NCBI RefSeq assembly: GCF_009834535.1 | Contig: NC_045697.1 | Location: 4,962,001-5,026,000 of the forward strand | Direction: 5' to 3' | From: Camelus ferus | Lineage: Eukaryota | Length of the DNA: 64,000 bases | Program-made: the position numbers and the translations under genes | Notes under the pieces: generated by a model | What the model was told of the DNA's origin: nothing | Database searches by the model: none | The model's input: the letters and a program-made list of their open reading frames with translations, nothing else | Shown: one piece after another, positions 25,201 through 37,604 of the stretch | Layout: each line of letters starts with the position of its first letter | Numbering within the stretch: position 1 is the first letter of the stretch

Positions 25201-25610
25201 ATAGCAGAAGCTGTTAAGTTATCTCCCAATATCTCATCTCCCCTTCTCAGACAGTAAATAAGATTTTTATCTAAGTCCATGGCTAAAGACTACATTTCCC
25301 AGCCTCCCTTGCAGCTGGCTATGGTCATATGACCAGGTTCTGACCAATGCGATATGAGAAGAATGGTACCTACAACTTCCTGGCTACTTCCTTAAAGGGC
25401 ATGAGAATTCCCTCCTTCCCCCACCCCTCCCCCACTCTGTTGCCTGTTATGTGGACTTGGGGGGATATTTTAGGCCACACAGATGAGAAGCAACAAAACA
25501 GAAGGAGCCTGGGCCACAGTAAACGTCCATGAGGAGAAACTGGACTTTAAGAGAAAAAAAACTTGTGTCGAAAAAAATTTTTTTGAGTCTTTGAAAAGCA
25601 GTTAAAGCTT
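25201..25610 (+). mobile_element. MaLR LTR (MLT1J-like)
   Basis: aaagactacatttcccagcctcccttgcagct...ggtcatatgaccaggttctgaccaatg. Confidence 0.75.
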
Positions 25611-25859
25611 GTCTCTCAATCTTTACAGCCGCCTCTTAATTTGCACGGCTCTTTCAGTTGAGCCTTTCGGCACTTCTGGGCTTAGGAGAACATCATGTGC
25701 ATACAATGACAGTGCACTTGCCCCAGCTGAGAGGCTTGGAGCAAGGTGGTTAGAAACATCGCCTTTAGGGTCAGATTGCCCTGGGATAAACAGCTGTGCT
25801 ACTGCGGAGGCCATTTGCTGCTTGTGGCCACTCAGATTCCCTTACCTTAGCAACTACTC

Positions 25860-26300
25860 ATCTCGGCACCTCTGGCTTTGGGCTGGGGCACGTGGCTCCA
25901 GCTGGAGCCAGCCAGCCTAACCTCACCCCTTGGCTCTAACAGTTGGCTCAGGTTTGGGCATACGACCCAATTGGGACCAATGAAAACCAGGGAGGTGATT
26001 TTCCAGGGGGGTTAGGGAATGAAGAGTTTTCTTTCTCTTTCCCCCTGGGAGCTACCTGAAGCGATATTCTCTGCCTTTGGCCGATGTGATGTGGGGTATG
26101 ACTCCCCAGCACTGCAGAAGGCATTGGCTACCACAAAGAAAGGCAACCTCAAGATGAAGGCTATCCTAGGATAAGGCTGAGACTGGTGCCTGATCAAACC
26201 CTGTCTGAAGCCGCAGTCCCCTGGGCCAAAGCGATTCAAGCTGAAAAACACCCTGTATTGCTTGGGAGTATTTGGGGTGGGCTCCCTGCTCCTTGCCACA
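25860..26300 (+). mobile_element. MaLR LTR (MLT1K-like)
   Basis: ttggctcaggtttgggcatacgacccaattgggaccaatga. Confidence 0.55.
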
Positions 26301-26814
26301 CACCACTGGTGTCCTGGTTGATGCAGCCACTTACTATGGGATTTGGACAGTTATTTCACTCTATAAGCCTCTGATTCTTCCGATGGAGGATGGAGCTAAT
26401 ATTACTAAGTACCTTGTAGGGTGGTTGTCAGCATTAAACAGTGTGGTTAGGGACTGAGGATGTGACCTGTGAGCAAAGACTTGAAGAAGAGAGGCAGCAA
26501 GCGGTGGGGAGGACTGTGGACGACGGCGGAGGGAGCCGGTGGGGGGATGGGGGGAGGACAGCAGTCCTGCCAAGGACCAGTCAGGCGCCAGGCAGACGGA
26601 AGAAGAGGGAAAGGGGCTCAGATGGCTTTCATTCCAGTGAGAGGGTTCTGAGGAGAGGCATGACCCGACTCACTTTAGAGAATCACTCTGGCTTGTGAAG
26701 ATCATGAAGATCATGCTGAGCCTTGAAGCACTCTTGTCAGGAAGGTATAACTACCGCCCCCACCCCCCACCCCCCTTTTTTTCTAACAGAAGAGTAGCCT
26801 GAAGTTCCAGAGAC

Positions 26815-27368
26815 TGAGACAGGAGAGCAGAGGGCAGGGCACAACCATTAAAAGAATGACACAGCCATTAGCACCAAGACGCAGAAGATTCAACTCCCAG
26901 GAGACCTTGAGCTTCAATATACGCTCATTGTAATACAACAGCTGCCAAATGGTACTCCCGTAGGCGCCAGGACAATTCTAAGGCTGATCATAAAAGGTAA
27001 AAAGGTGGGCGATGGCCTAATTCCTGGGAATCCCAGCCCCTTCCCCACTTGTTAGCATGTGAAATTAGCAAGCCCATGAAAACTGTTGGCTCCCTCTTCT
27101 GAGTGAGGACACTATCTATGGAGTGTGTATCTATTAAGCACCCAACCCCGACACCTCCTGGCCTTTCTCTTGCCTTCTGAACCAGCCAGCACTCTGTCTA
27201 TGGAATGTGTATCTTTGAATAAATCTATCTTTACTCCACTGCGGCTCTCTTGTGAATTATTTCCTGCTGGAAGCCAAGGACCCGCTTTTGGCGGGGTGCT
27301 TCCCAGGGACTCAGCCGAGGCCTGGGACACGACCATCCTCTCACCTCACATTCATTTTTCCTGTATCA
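26815..27368 (+). mobile_element. ERV1 solo LTR, MER41-like, 554 bp, TG...CA with 4-bp TSD AGAC
   Basis: agac|tgagacagg...cctgtatca|agac; AATAAA at about 27218; blocks collinear with MER41 (actccc..gcgcca.gaca, ttcc.gggaa, ttg.ttagcat, ctctgtctatgga, gaatt.tttc.tg, ccaag.accc). Confidence 0.85.
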
Positions 27369-28090
27369 AGACCAGAGAGCCGTCCACCGTCAGCAGCGGA
27401 CACCTGGGGAGCTGTGTTTGTCTCCAGCCTCTCCGGGCCGGGCGCTTCCCTCCCCCTGCTGTCCCCTTCAGGCCCTTGGGGACGGAGGCTCTGGGGCAGT
27501 CCTGAAGCAGCCCCACTGGTGGACACGCAGGCGTTCACGTACAGCAGGTGCGCCAGACAGCGGAGCCCCACTCCTGGGGTCTGTCCCGGCTAGCTGATGA
27601 GCTGTAACTTCCCGGTGTGCCTCCTTTAACGGTTGAGTCAAGATGTGGGAAAGTGAAAATTAGTGCCATTCAAGGTCTCCTCTGAGTTCCTTCTCAGGAG
27701 AGTGGAAATTTACTACAAAACGTGCAACTACGAACTGAATTTTCGGCGCTTTGCTTTCCGTATCTGTAAAACGTTCAAAACTCAGAGGGAGAAGGTGCCC
27801 AGGATATTGCATGAGGCCCATTAGTAGAAGTTTTAATGAGTGTATCAATAATCAATAATCAGCCCTGCTGATACATCCTGCCCTCCAGCCGTGCTTCCCT
27901 CCTTGCTCTGAACACATGGAAATTCATCACACCTCCAAGACTTTGGCACCATTTAGAATGCTTCTCCCTCTCCTCTCACTGGCAGACCTGTTCTTTCTTC
28001 AGAACCTGGCCGGAGAGTTGTATTACTGATGAATGAACATCTAGCCTTTGCTTGCTTCCAGTGACAGGAAACTCACTACCATGATGGGTT

Positions 28091-28460
28091 TGTCCCAGCT
28101 GGCTCGGCCTGCCAAAACAGAATACCCTAGACTGGGTGGCGTAAACATCAAACATTTATTCCTCACAGTCCTGGAGGCTGGAAGTCCAAGATCAAGGTTC
28201 TAGCATGATCGGGTTCTTGGTGAGGGCCCTCTTCCTGGTTTACATGGCAGCCTCCTTATTGTATCCTCACATGGTGGAGAGAGAGAGAGATCTCTGGTCC
28301 TTCATCCCCTTACGGGGCAAAATCCCATCATGGGAGCTCCAACCTCATCACTTCTTCCAAACCTCTTGACTTCCTAAAGGCCCCAGCTCCAAGTGCCATC
28401 ACACTGGGGGCTAAGGCTTCAATATATCAATTTTGGTGGAGACACATTCAGTCCATGGCA
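28091..28460 (-). mobile_element. MaLR LTR (MLT1A-like)
   Basis: catttattcctcacagtcctggaggctggaagtccaagatcaagg...gacacattcagtccatggca. Confidence 0.85.
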
Positions 28461-29035
28461 ACCTGACTGGTCTAGGCTTCTCCCCTGGGCCCCCCACACC
28501 CCAATCCCCTTCCACTGTCATTCCCAGCCTTGCATCCATCCACCACGGATTCCAGCACGGGGTTCTTAGGACTTTAAGACATCACACTGTGCGGGATCCT
28601 TTCCCTCCCAGCAGCCTTCAGAAAGAACCTCATTACAACCCTCCCAAGGACACCAGAATAGCATTAAACCACATCCCTATCCCTTATACTTAAGCTCCTG
28701 GAATCCCGTGTAGAATAATGACACCTGCTCCCCAGGCTCAGCAGAAACAGCTCTGCCCCCCACACTTGCCCGGGCGGCCTTCTCCACGTCCTCCTCAGCT
28801 GCCCCAGTCCCTGCATCAGAAGCTCTGGAAACAACACATGCCGGACTTGCGCATTTCCCGGAGCCTCTTGCCGGCGTGGTGGAGACGGCACAGACAGTGT
28901 TTTGACAAAAGAGAAGGGGGTGTTGCTGCTGCTGGCCTCTGCGATTCTGGGGGGCACTCATCACATTTATCAACAAATATGTTAGCGACAGATGGAGAGA
29001 CAATTCTTTGAAATACCTCCAGCTAATAAGGGCTC

Positions 29036-29445
29036 TGAAATAAAGTCTGTTCATAGAAACTTTGAGGGACAGTAAGACCAACAGATTAGGAGACAATTGC
29101 CTTGGAGAAGAGAGTTACTCACAGATCCCAAGAGGAGAGGGCACATCACGCTGTGTGGGGGCCACCAGGGGAGGCACAGGGGTTGGTCATGAGACAGAGG
29201 GAGAGGGAGAAAACTGGGGCAAGAACTTTCTGGTGGTTTTTGTGAGAAGGAGCAGGTGGGGTAGGGCAAGCAGGCTTAGGACTGGCTAGTCTGAATAATT
29301 TCAGGGGTTCTGGGCACAGGAACTGTCCCTGGGTGTCTGGTGCCTGGGCCTGGCACTGGGGGTGATTAGGGCAGGTGGATAGTGGCCTGAAGTGTGCAGA
29401 GATCAAGCATCAGAATATATAAAGTAGAAGACATGGTTAATATAA
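29036..29445 (-). mobile_element. ERVL LTR (MER74-like)
   Basis: Reverse complement tattaaccatg...ccctgaaattattcagactagccagtcctaagcctgctt...ctcttgggatctgtgagtaa. Confidence 0.7.
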
Positions 29446-29829
29446 CAAGAAAACAAATTCGTTCTGCTGGCCTGGCTGTGGGTCACCTGATCCAGGTCAA
29501 GTTTACGATCCCCAGGTGTCCATCCCAAGGCCATGAGAAAAGAGTGAGTTCTATACTTCACAGAGAGCTATGAAATAGTCAAAAACGTGTGGGGTCCTCA
29601 TGGCTTCCTGCCAGAGGAGCATCTCACTTGCCCTCTGGGATGCTCTGCTCCCCAATGCTGCGTTGAGCCCACTCAGGCTGCCGGATCCAGGAAGCCCTCC
29701 TGCCCTCCCCCTGCCCTGGCCTTGCTGCCCTTCTGCTATTACACAGCCTCACCCCGGCCCATCCCAGCACTGACCCCACTGGGTTGGAATCACCTGTTTC
29801 ATTTTCTGACCCTCCCTCAGCCCTGGCTC

Positions 29830-29983
29830 CACCTTAGAACCACCTGGCTTTTAAAAACTTTAAAAATCTCCCCCACTGAGTACATTCTCCTGCAAGATGA
29901 GTCAAACCTCTGCGGATGACCCCCCGGCTTTGGCACTTTTTCCAGTTCCTGGTGATGTGCAGCCGTGGCTGAGAACCGCCACC
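29830..29983. mobile_element. MER5-like hAT MITE
   Basis: ttagaaccacctgg...ggtgatgtgcagccgtggctgagaacc. Confidence 0.55.
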
Positions 29984-30106
29984 CTAGACCACGAGGCCCT
30001 TGACCACAGGGGTTCTGTGTCCTTCAGTCCCTGGTGCAATGCCTGGCCTGTGGCAGGTCTGCAAAACTGAAGGAATCATTCCTGCACATAGAAGAGGACA
30101 GAGCCA

Positions 30107-30438
30107 CAGGTGTCCTGTGGTACCTGCAGGGGATTGGTTCCAGGACCCACGCCAACACCAAAATCTTTGGATGCTCAAGTTCCTTATATAAAACAGCATA
30201 GTATTTTCACATAACCCACACACGTCCTGAATACTTGCTTCTAATACCCAACACAATGCAAATGCTACATAATAGTTGCAAATACACATGTACATGCTAT
30301 GTAAGTAGTTGCGGGCATGCAACAAATTCAAGTTCAGCTGTTTGGAACTTTCTGGAATGTTTTCTCCCTCTAAATGTTTTCGAGCCGAGGTTGGTTGAAT
30401 CTGAGAACATGGAACCCCCAGATACAGAAAGCTGACAG
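30107..30438 (+). mobile_element. MER2 (Tigger) DNA transposon
   Basis: ggggattggttccaggaccc...ggatgctcaagttccttatataaaa...ggttggttgaatctg...gctgacag|ta. Confidence 0.85.
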
Positions 30439-32409
30439 TACCTGGTCAGTGAACTTTGGGCTAGGGCCCTCAGTGACACACAGGGCAAAACGCAGGCACT
30501 GCCCTTCTGTCTCTCTCTCCTGGCTCTCTGCCCATCTTTGGGGAAGTCGATCTCCCCACGTGGAAAAGCCAGGCCCTCCCCCAGGCAGGCCCAGGTGACC
30601 CCGGAGGCTCCCCAAGGCGCACTGCCTCAAGGTGAAGTGGCTGAATTAGTCCTATTCCTGGTGTTCCTGCCTTAATCTTGCTTCCGAAAAGCTGCCTGGG
30701 GCCTGAAAGGTCTTTGTCTGAAAGTCTCTCTCAGTCACTAGGCAGGGCGCTGAGGGCTCTGCCCAGAACCCTGCCCACCAGCGCCCTGGATTCGGGGACC
30801 GCCCTGCCACGGGTCCTGCAGAGCCCAGCCTGTGCCTTCTCCCCCCTCCATGTCACCTGCTTCTGTGACCTGAGCAGAGAAGGGACAGGAGAAGCTGAGT
30901 AACATAAGCCAATATTAGCCCCTCCTGAGCACCCTTCATGTCCCGGGGCTGTGACAGCAGAAGACCTTCATCGTCCTGTCTCAGACCTTCGCCACCCTGT
31001 GAGGTGGTGATACTTCTGTTCTGCAGCTTGCCTGAAGACTCACACCTCGTTGGGGGGTCAGCTGAGATCCAGGCCTGGGGATCCTGACTTTTAGATACAC
31101 ACTGGGGACCTTGATTGGCATCCTCAGCCCTGCCCAGTTTCCCTGGGGCCCTGAGGCCACCCTTTCAGGAGCAGAGATCCCGACAGTCAGGGATTTCAGC
31201 TCACTGCTCCAAGCGCTCCGTCTGGCTTCAGCCCCTGGCAGGAGATGGGAGCTCAGATGGTCCCAAGCAGCACTCCGACCCTGCCTCCCAGTACCAAGGG
31301 GTTTACACAATGAGTAGGACTCCCTGAGACACACTGGTGACACACGCAAGTCCTAGGAAGGCTAGGCCGTGAGCAGGAGCCACGGCCTCAGCCCGCGGGG
31401 CCTAGGGGAGGGAGGTCCAGGGGAACCACACAGAAGAGGCGGCAGACTCACCCCGAACGACTCAGCAGCACTCAGCTTTCAGAGAGATCCCCACCCGCTC
31501 ACTCCAGCCCCCACTCCCCAAAGCCCTCGGGGCACAAGTCCCTGAAGCAACGCCAGCGACTGTAGTCTTCAAGGCTGCCTGGTGGTTGTCGGCAAAGCTG
31601 CCGCTGGCATGGGCGGCAGTGACGGCCAGTCATTGCTGGGCTGCGCTCCTGACTCAGTCCTGACTTGGCTGGGTACCGTGTCCCGGGGACTGACCCAGAG
31701 CAGAGGCCCAAGTGTTCTGAACAGGACAGGGTCTGGCCTCTGATTCTCACCAAGTGCCCCAGGAGATCCCAGCAAGACCAGAGTCGGGGAGCCCCTGACA
31801 CGGAGCTTCTCCAGGAACCAGCCGTCTCAGCCTCATCCTGGGAGCTGCCAGAAAGGCAGAACCCCAGGCCCACCTCCAATCTGCTGAATCAGGGAAAGAA
31901 GCCGCCAGACCCCACCTGCCCCTGGCAGCTTGGCAAGCCTGGCTGAGGGACGGCTCCGCAGATTCCTGACTACTGATGTCTGGTTTGCCAAGCACGCACT
32001 ATCTCATTTGATCCCCGTGACAATCTGGAAGGTGGGCACCATTTCCCCTGTTTCACAGAAGATGACACTGAGGCTCAGAGAGGTCAGTGCCTTTTCTGAA
32101 GCCTTGGGTTCACAGGTCAGGGAGCTGGGGGTGGAGACTCGGAGCTTCCCAGCCCTCCACTCCCGCTTGTGCCCGCCCGTCCCCCCACCAGGACGTGAAC
32201 AGTGTGACGTCTCCAGATGTGACACCTTCAAATACGTTAGACTCGACTCACGGCAGCAGAACATGGGCCAGAAATTCACACGGGTGTTCATTCACCAGGA
32301 TCGAAATCCAAAAAGGCTCTCTCATCACCCGACAATCCAGCTCCCCAGGACCCCCGCTAAATTCCCGGAGCCTCAACCTCCCACTGAAAAGCACTCACAG
32401 CAGGCTTAC

Positions 32410-32447
32410 CGTGTTCATCGAGCAGTATGTTGTCTGGCTTGATGTCT
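32410..32447 (-). CDS. STK32B: STK32B 38-nt coding exon (about exon 5 by human numbering), catalytic loop (R)DIKPDNILLDEH(G)
   Basis: Minus strand reads ttttctctttcag|AGACATCAAGCCAGACAACATACTGCTCGATGAACACG|gtaagc. Phase 2 in, phase 1 out; the final G joins GG of the next exon to give Gly. Confidence 0.95.
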
Positions 32448-32730
32448 CTGAAAGAGAAAACAAAGAAGCTGAAAATGTGAGTCCTGGCGCCCACTGAGGA
32501 GAACATGACACGCACGAGCACTGGGGACAGACGCCTGCCGACGCTCGGCGAGCTCGTCTCTTCCCTGGCGTGAGGGCCCAGACAGAGAGCAGGAGAGTAG
32601 TTCTTACGCTTGTGGAGCCCGAGTTCTTACTTCCTTTGCCTTTCCTTTTCCTGGAACTGCAAGTGGATTGTGTGAATCTTTTTTTTTTTTTCTGGAATGT
32701 TCTTTTTTTTTTTTTTTCTGGAATGTTCTT

Positions 32731-33000
32731 TTTTTTTTTAAATCAAAGTATAGTTGATTTACAATATTGTGTTAATTTCAGCTGTAGCGCACAGTGATTC
32801 CGTATTTTTGCAGATTATACTCCTTCCAAGACGATTATAAGATAACAGGCGCACTGCCCTGTGCTGTGTAGTCCGTTTTTGTTGCTTATCTGTCTCATGT
32901 ATAGTAGTTTGCACCTGTGAATCCCGCACCTCTAACTTGTCCCTCCCCCTTTTCCCCCTTCTTCGGTAACCACAAGTTTGTTTTCTATATTGCTGAGTCA
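32731..33000 (-). mobile_element. Lineage L1 3' end, sense to STK32B
   Basis: tatagttgatttacaatattgtgtta...gtaaccacaagtttgttttctat; poly(T) on the left. Confidence 0.85.
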
Positions 33001-33231
33001 TTCATTTGTAAAATATTTATTATCCGGTCCTTTAGAAGTTTGCTGATCCCTTCTTAGGGTAACACAGTGAGCCACAGGCAGCAAAATGTGAGCTGGGGAG
33101 TGTCTCGAAAGTTCTACTGTATGTCACCACTATAGCAAAAGGCTCCCAACTCCAAGCTGTAATGTTTAAAGGCAGGGGCTTTCCTTTCCTCACCTCTGCA
33201 TCCCCAGCACGGTGCCCATCATAGCAAACAC

Positions 33232-33695
33232 CATCAAAGAAAAACCAGAGCTGGACAGTACTTAAAGCGGTAAAAAACAGATTTTATTCAACTGCAATCA
33301 CCAAAGGCAAAGAGACCTCAGTACAGAACCAGGCTCAATTCTGAACACAATGTGGGCAAGTGGGGTTTTATAGCCAAAGAGCAGGTAGGGATCAGTGGAT
33401 GGAAAGTTACTAAGAGGAGACGTCAGAGGCGAGGGGGGTTCTAGCCGAACCAGCCTAGCAGGATTCTTGCTGGAGGCTGTCCAGGGTGATCAAACCATCC
33501 AGGGATGAACAACCTGATCAAAGGGTGATCGGGTCTGGAGGATGGGGGGCTCTGGCTAAACCGACTTCGCAGGTGCTTGCTAAGATCAGACAACGCAGAG
33601 ACTGATACTTTTGAAAGTCCAAAAGATGAGGTCCAGTTTCAAAAGAACTCAGAAGAAGCTGAGTAGAGTTTGGTGGAGAGGAGAGTCTTTGTCCA
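33232..33695 (-). mobile_element. ERV1 LTR (MER31-like)
   Basis: Reverse complement begins gacaaagactctcctctccaccaaactctactcagcttcttctgag and contains tgaataaaatctg; related to 61020-61362. Confidence 0.7.
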
Positions 33696-33879
33696 CACAC
33701 AGGAAACACGGGAGAGAGAGGGACAGAAGAATGACCGTGAAAGAGGCACAGCGGTGAAGAAACTCAATTCACATCTTCAGCCCTGATTTGCGCCTCATTA
33801 ACATGCACACACCTCCCAAAGCTTCATATTAAGATCACGGATTTTACTTATGTATTTACATACATTTTCAATGATGTTT

Positions 33880-34205
33880 GTATTTATTTATTTTTAATTG
33901 AAGTGTAGTCGATTTACAATGTTGTGTTAGTTTCTGGTGTACAGCATAGTGATTCAGCTATACATATATATGTGTGTGTGTGTATATATATATTCATTTT
34001 CCTATTCTTTTTCATTATAGGCCTTTACAAGGTATTGATTGTAGTTCCCTGTGCTGTATGGTAGGACCTTGTGGTTGGTCTATTTTGTATATAGTAGTTA
34101 ATACCTGCAAACCCGAACTCCCAATTTATCCCTCCCCACACTCTTCCCTCCCCTGCCCCGTACCATAAGTTTGCTCGTAAGTTTGTGGATTTGTTTCTGA
34201 AACCA
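33880..34205 (-). mobile_element. Lineage L1 3' end, sense to STK32B
   Basis: attgaagtgtagtcgatttacaatgttgtgttagtttctggtgtacagc...gttccctgtgctgta. Confidence 0.85.
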
Positions 34206-35218
34206 TGGATTTTAAAACTGCAAGCCCCTCACTCATTTGCAGTAAATGCCAAATCGTTTGAGACTGATGACAGCTTTCTTTGACATAAAAAGCGCTTGCT
34301 CCTGAGCTTATCACATAGCAATTCTACCTGAACACATTACGGTTCTTTGTAGCAACATGAGGCAATGTCTCTGGCTTTGAGGATGAAAACAACACTCAAG
34401 TCATATATTTAAATGTTCATTTTCACTGTGACTTTTCGAGCCCATGAATATTGACGAGCATTAAGCAAATAGACCCCCGCTGCCAAGTTCACAAACATCC
34501 ACGGTGAACAGAGATTGACTGTTGGCGAGCTGTTGACTGGGGAGGATGAACTTGAGAGCTGACACAATCAAAACAAGAGGAAGAAGTCCCAGAGTCGAGT
34601 GTTTGTGGGTCAGATCAGCAGACACTTGGCCCCCGTCCAGGGCCTCTCCCAGGAGGGTTTCTCCAGAAAAGGTGAAAAAAGGGAAATGAAAACTTGTCAA
34701 GGATGAAAACACAGCAGCCAGTGCTAAAGCACACCCTTTCTTCCGGGTGTCACCAGGACTGGGATGACCTTGTCTGGGGCATAGGGATCCTGAAGGAGGT
34801 GGCCGTGGACCAGGAGCAGGAGCCCAAAATGACTGCAAGGGCCTCGGCCTGAGCTGCCACTTCCCCTGATGCTGAAAGTGCCCTGCCTCGGGTTTTCTCT
34901 GTCCCCTGCCTTTTCCCTCTGGGATGTTACTCAAATGCTTCCTCCTGGCAGGTCTGGGCAGAGAGCTGGGGTTGCAGATGCCCGGGACATAGTCCCTCCC
35001 CTCCTGAAGCTCAGAATCAGTGGAAGACAGAGACACAGGTAGGGTGGCACAGATGCCACAGGGCAGGGGACAGTTGGCTGTGGCATCTGGGGAAGACGGA
35101 ACAAGAGTAGCTGGGGAGTGGACGGCCAGCCGGAGACTGCAGGGACCAGAGGGGAGCAAGCTGTCGGAGCCAATAAAAGGTGGGGTGGTGGTGGCAGACC
35201 TAAGGAGAGGTGGCCTTG

Positions 35219-35681
35219 TGTAGTGGAGTGAAGAGTGTCGTCTCCCCCCTCCCCCAAATTCATGTCTACTCAGGACTTCAGAATGTGACTTATTCAGAAA
35301 CAGGGTCTTTCCAGATGGAATTAGTTAAGGATCTCAAGAGGAAGGCATCCTGGGTTTGGGAGGGTCCTAAATCCAATACCTGCTGTCTTTGTGAGAGAAG
35401 GGAGATGGAGGTTTGGACACAGACACGAAGGAGAGAAGAGGCCACGTCATGACAGAGGCAGAAACTGCAGGGATGCGGCCACAAGCCACAGAGAGCCAGG
35501 AGCCACCAGAAGCTGGAAGAGGAAGGAAAGGGTTCTCCCCCCAGAGCCTCCGGAGAAGCCTCGCCTTGCTGGCATCTTAACTTCAGTCCTCCGGCCAGAA
35601 CTGTGACGTAATAAATTTGTGTTGTCTGAAGCCACCAATTTTGTGATAATTTGCTACAACAGCCCCAGGAAGCTCACTGCA
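35219..35681 (+). mobile_element. MaLR LTR (MLT1C-like), complete, near-perfect 5-bp TSD
   Basis: ccttg|tgtagtgg...cagaatgtgacttattcagaaacagggtcttt...gccaccagaagctggaagagg...ctgca|cctgg. Confidence 0.85.
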
Positions 35682-36399
35682 CCTGGCGGAGCAGGAGGGC
35701 TAGTGGAGGAGGGGGTAAGGGTCAAGGGGCAGCCAAGGTCCCCACTGACCACGGTGTGATCTCGAACGGTCCTGTGGTCCATCCGAGCTTGTGTCCCCAT
35801 CCGAAAGGTCCCCCCCAAACCCGTTCGTGGTCTCTCATGTCATGAGGACCAAACAGGGCATGGATAAGAGTGGCTTGGTAAACCAGATCCCCGGCTCCAA
35901 GGAAAGAGGCTGTCTTGCCCCGGCAAGTCCACTCAAACAGACTGTCTGAGTTCCCACCCCAGCCCCTCCCCTGCCGCCAGGGCTCCCCTCCCTGTGCCCT
36001 GGGGCTTCCTTTGTGGTGCGGACTAAACATCTGACCCACGCCTCTGGGTCAGCTCTGAGCACGGAGGGGAGTCAACGATCCTTAGGCATTTGGGGGGTGA
36101 CCCCTCCACAGTCACCAGGGCCACGCAGTGAACAAGGCAGACCCCGCCAGGTGGAGCTTGTTTCTAGGAGGGGACACAGGCCAGAAAGCACACGAATTCA
36201 TGACCCGATCTCAAGCAGGGACAAGAGCTCTGAAGAGTACGAATCAAGGTCTGAAAGAGACCTGTTTTTGGTAGGTGGCCACGGAAGGACTTTCAGAAGA
36301 CATGACATTAGGCTGGCATCAGAATGACAAGAAAGAATCTGTCCTAAAAATCCCGGGAGCAGGCTCTCATTTTGTAGAAGAGGCCACAGAAGGCTGGAG

Positions 36400-36862
36400 G
36401 GTGAATGGTTTGACCTGCGATACGCTTCTAGCCAAGGGAACACGACAAAGGTGGCTGGAGTCATTCCCGTGATCACAGCCTATCAGATGCTGTCCCAGGG
36501 GGCTGGAGTGAGGGAGCCTCCCTTGCTGGCTGTCCCATAGGAATGGGCCATGGAGCAGGGACGGGCAGGCGCCTCCAGGAGCTGAGCTCCAGCAAGGAAA
36601 CAGTGACTTCATCCCTGAAGCCACAAAGGGCTGAATTCTGCCAACAGCCAGGACAGCACTGATCCAACCAGATCCAGATAGGTCCATAAAGGAATGCAGC
36701 CCAGCGAGCACCTGGGCCACAGCTTTGTGACACCCTGAGCAGAGGAGCCAGCTAAGCTGTGCCCAGACTTCTGACCCACGGAAACTGTGAGGAAGTAAAT
36801 ATGACTTGTCTTAAGGTGCTAAGTTAGTGGGAATTCATCATGCAGTGGTAGAAAACAGCTAT
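36400..36862 (+). mobile_element. MaLR LTR (MLT1F-like)
   Basis: ctgaattctgccaacagcc...gaccctgagcagaggagccagctaagctgtgcccagacttctgacccacggaaactgtgag. Confidence 0.75.
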
Positions 36863-37054
36863 GATAGCTACATGATCTTGGGCAACTTACTCTGAGTCTC
36901 ATTCTCATCTGGAAAATGGGAATGATGGTCCGTATCCAGCTGTGGCTGGGAGGATACAAGGAGGCGTTACCATGCAAGGCTCAGCAGGGCTCCCGGTGCG
37001 TAAGAAGCACTGAAATAAATGATGATGAGGGTTCTATCGCTGCTCTCAAAAGAA

Positions 37055-37604
37055 GCAGCACTATTTACAACAGCCAAGACATGGAAGCAACCTAAATGTT
37101 CATCAGCAGATGACCAGATAAAGAAGATGTAGTGTATACATATAATGGAATACTATTCAGCCATAAAAAAGGATGAAATAATGCCATTTGCAGCAACATG
37201 GATGGACCTAGAGATGATCATACCAAATAAGTCAGACATAGAAAGACAAATACCATGTGATATTACTTATATATGGAATCTAAAAAAAGGAGACAAATGA
37301 GCATATTTACAAAACAGACAGACTCACAGACATAGAAACCAAAATTATGGTTACCAAAGGGGAAAGAGGTGGACGAGGGATAAATTGGGAGTTCAGGATT
37401 TGCAGATAAAAACTACTATATATAAAACAGATAAACAACAAAGACCTACTGTACAGCACAGGGAACCATAGTCAATATCTTGTAATGACCTATAATGGAA
37501 AAGAACCTGAAAAAGAATAGTTATATATATAACTGAATCACTTTGCTGTACACCTGAAACTAACACAACATTGTAAATCAACTAAACTTTAATTTAAAAA
37601 AAAA
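37055..37604 (+). mobile_element. Lineage L1 3' end
   Basis: gcagcactatttacaacagccaagacatggaagcaacc...aaatcaactaaactttaattt-A tail. Confidence 0.9.

Noticed and set aside
34461..35159. 232-aa minus-strand ORF
   Set aside because: No homology recognised; includes L2-like sequence (DSELQEGRD from gagcttcaggaggggagggac); typical GC-rich chance ORF
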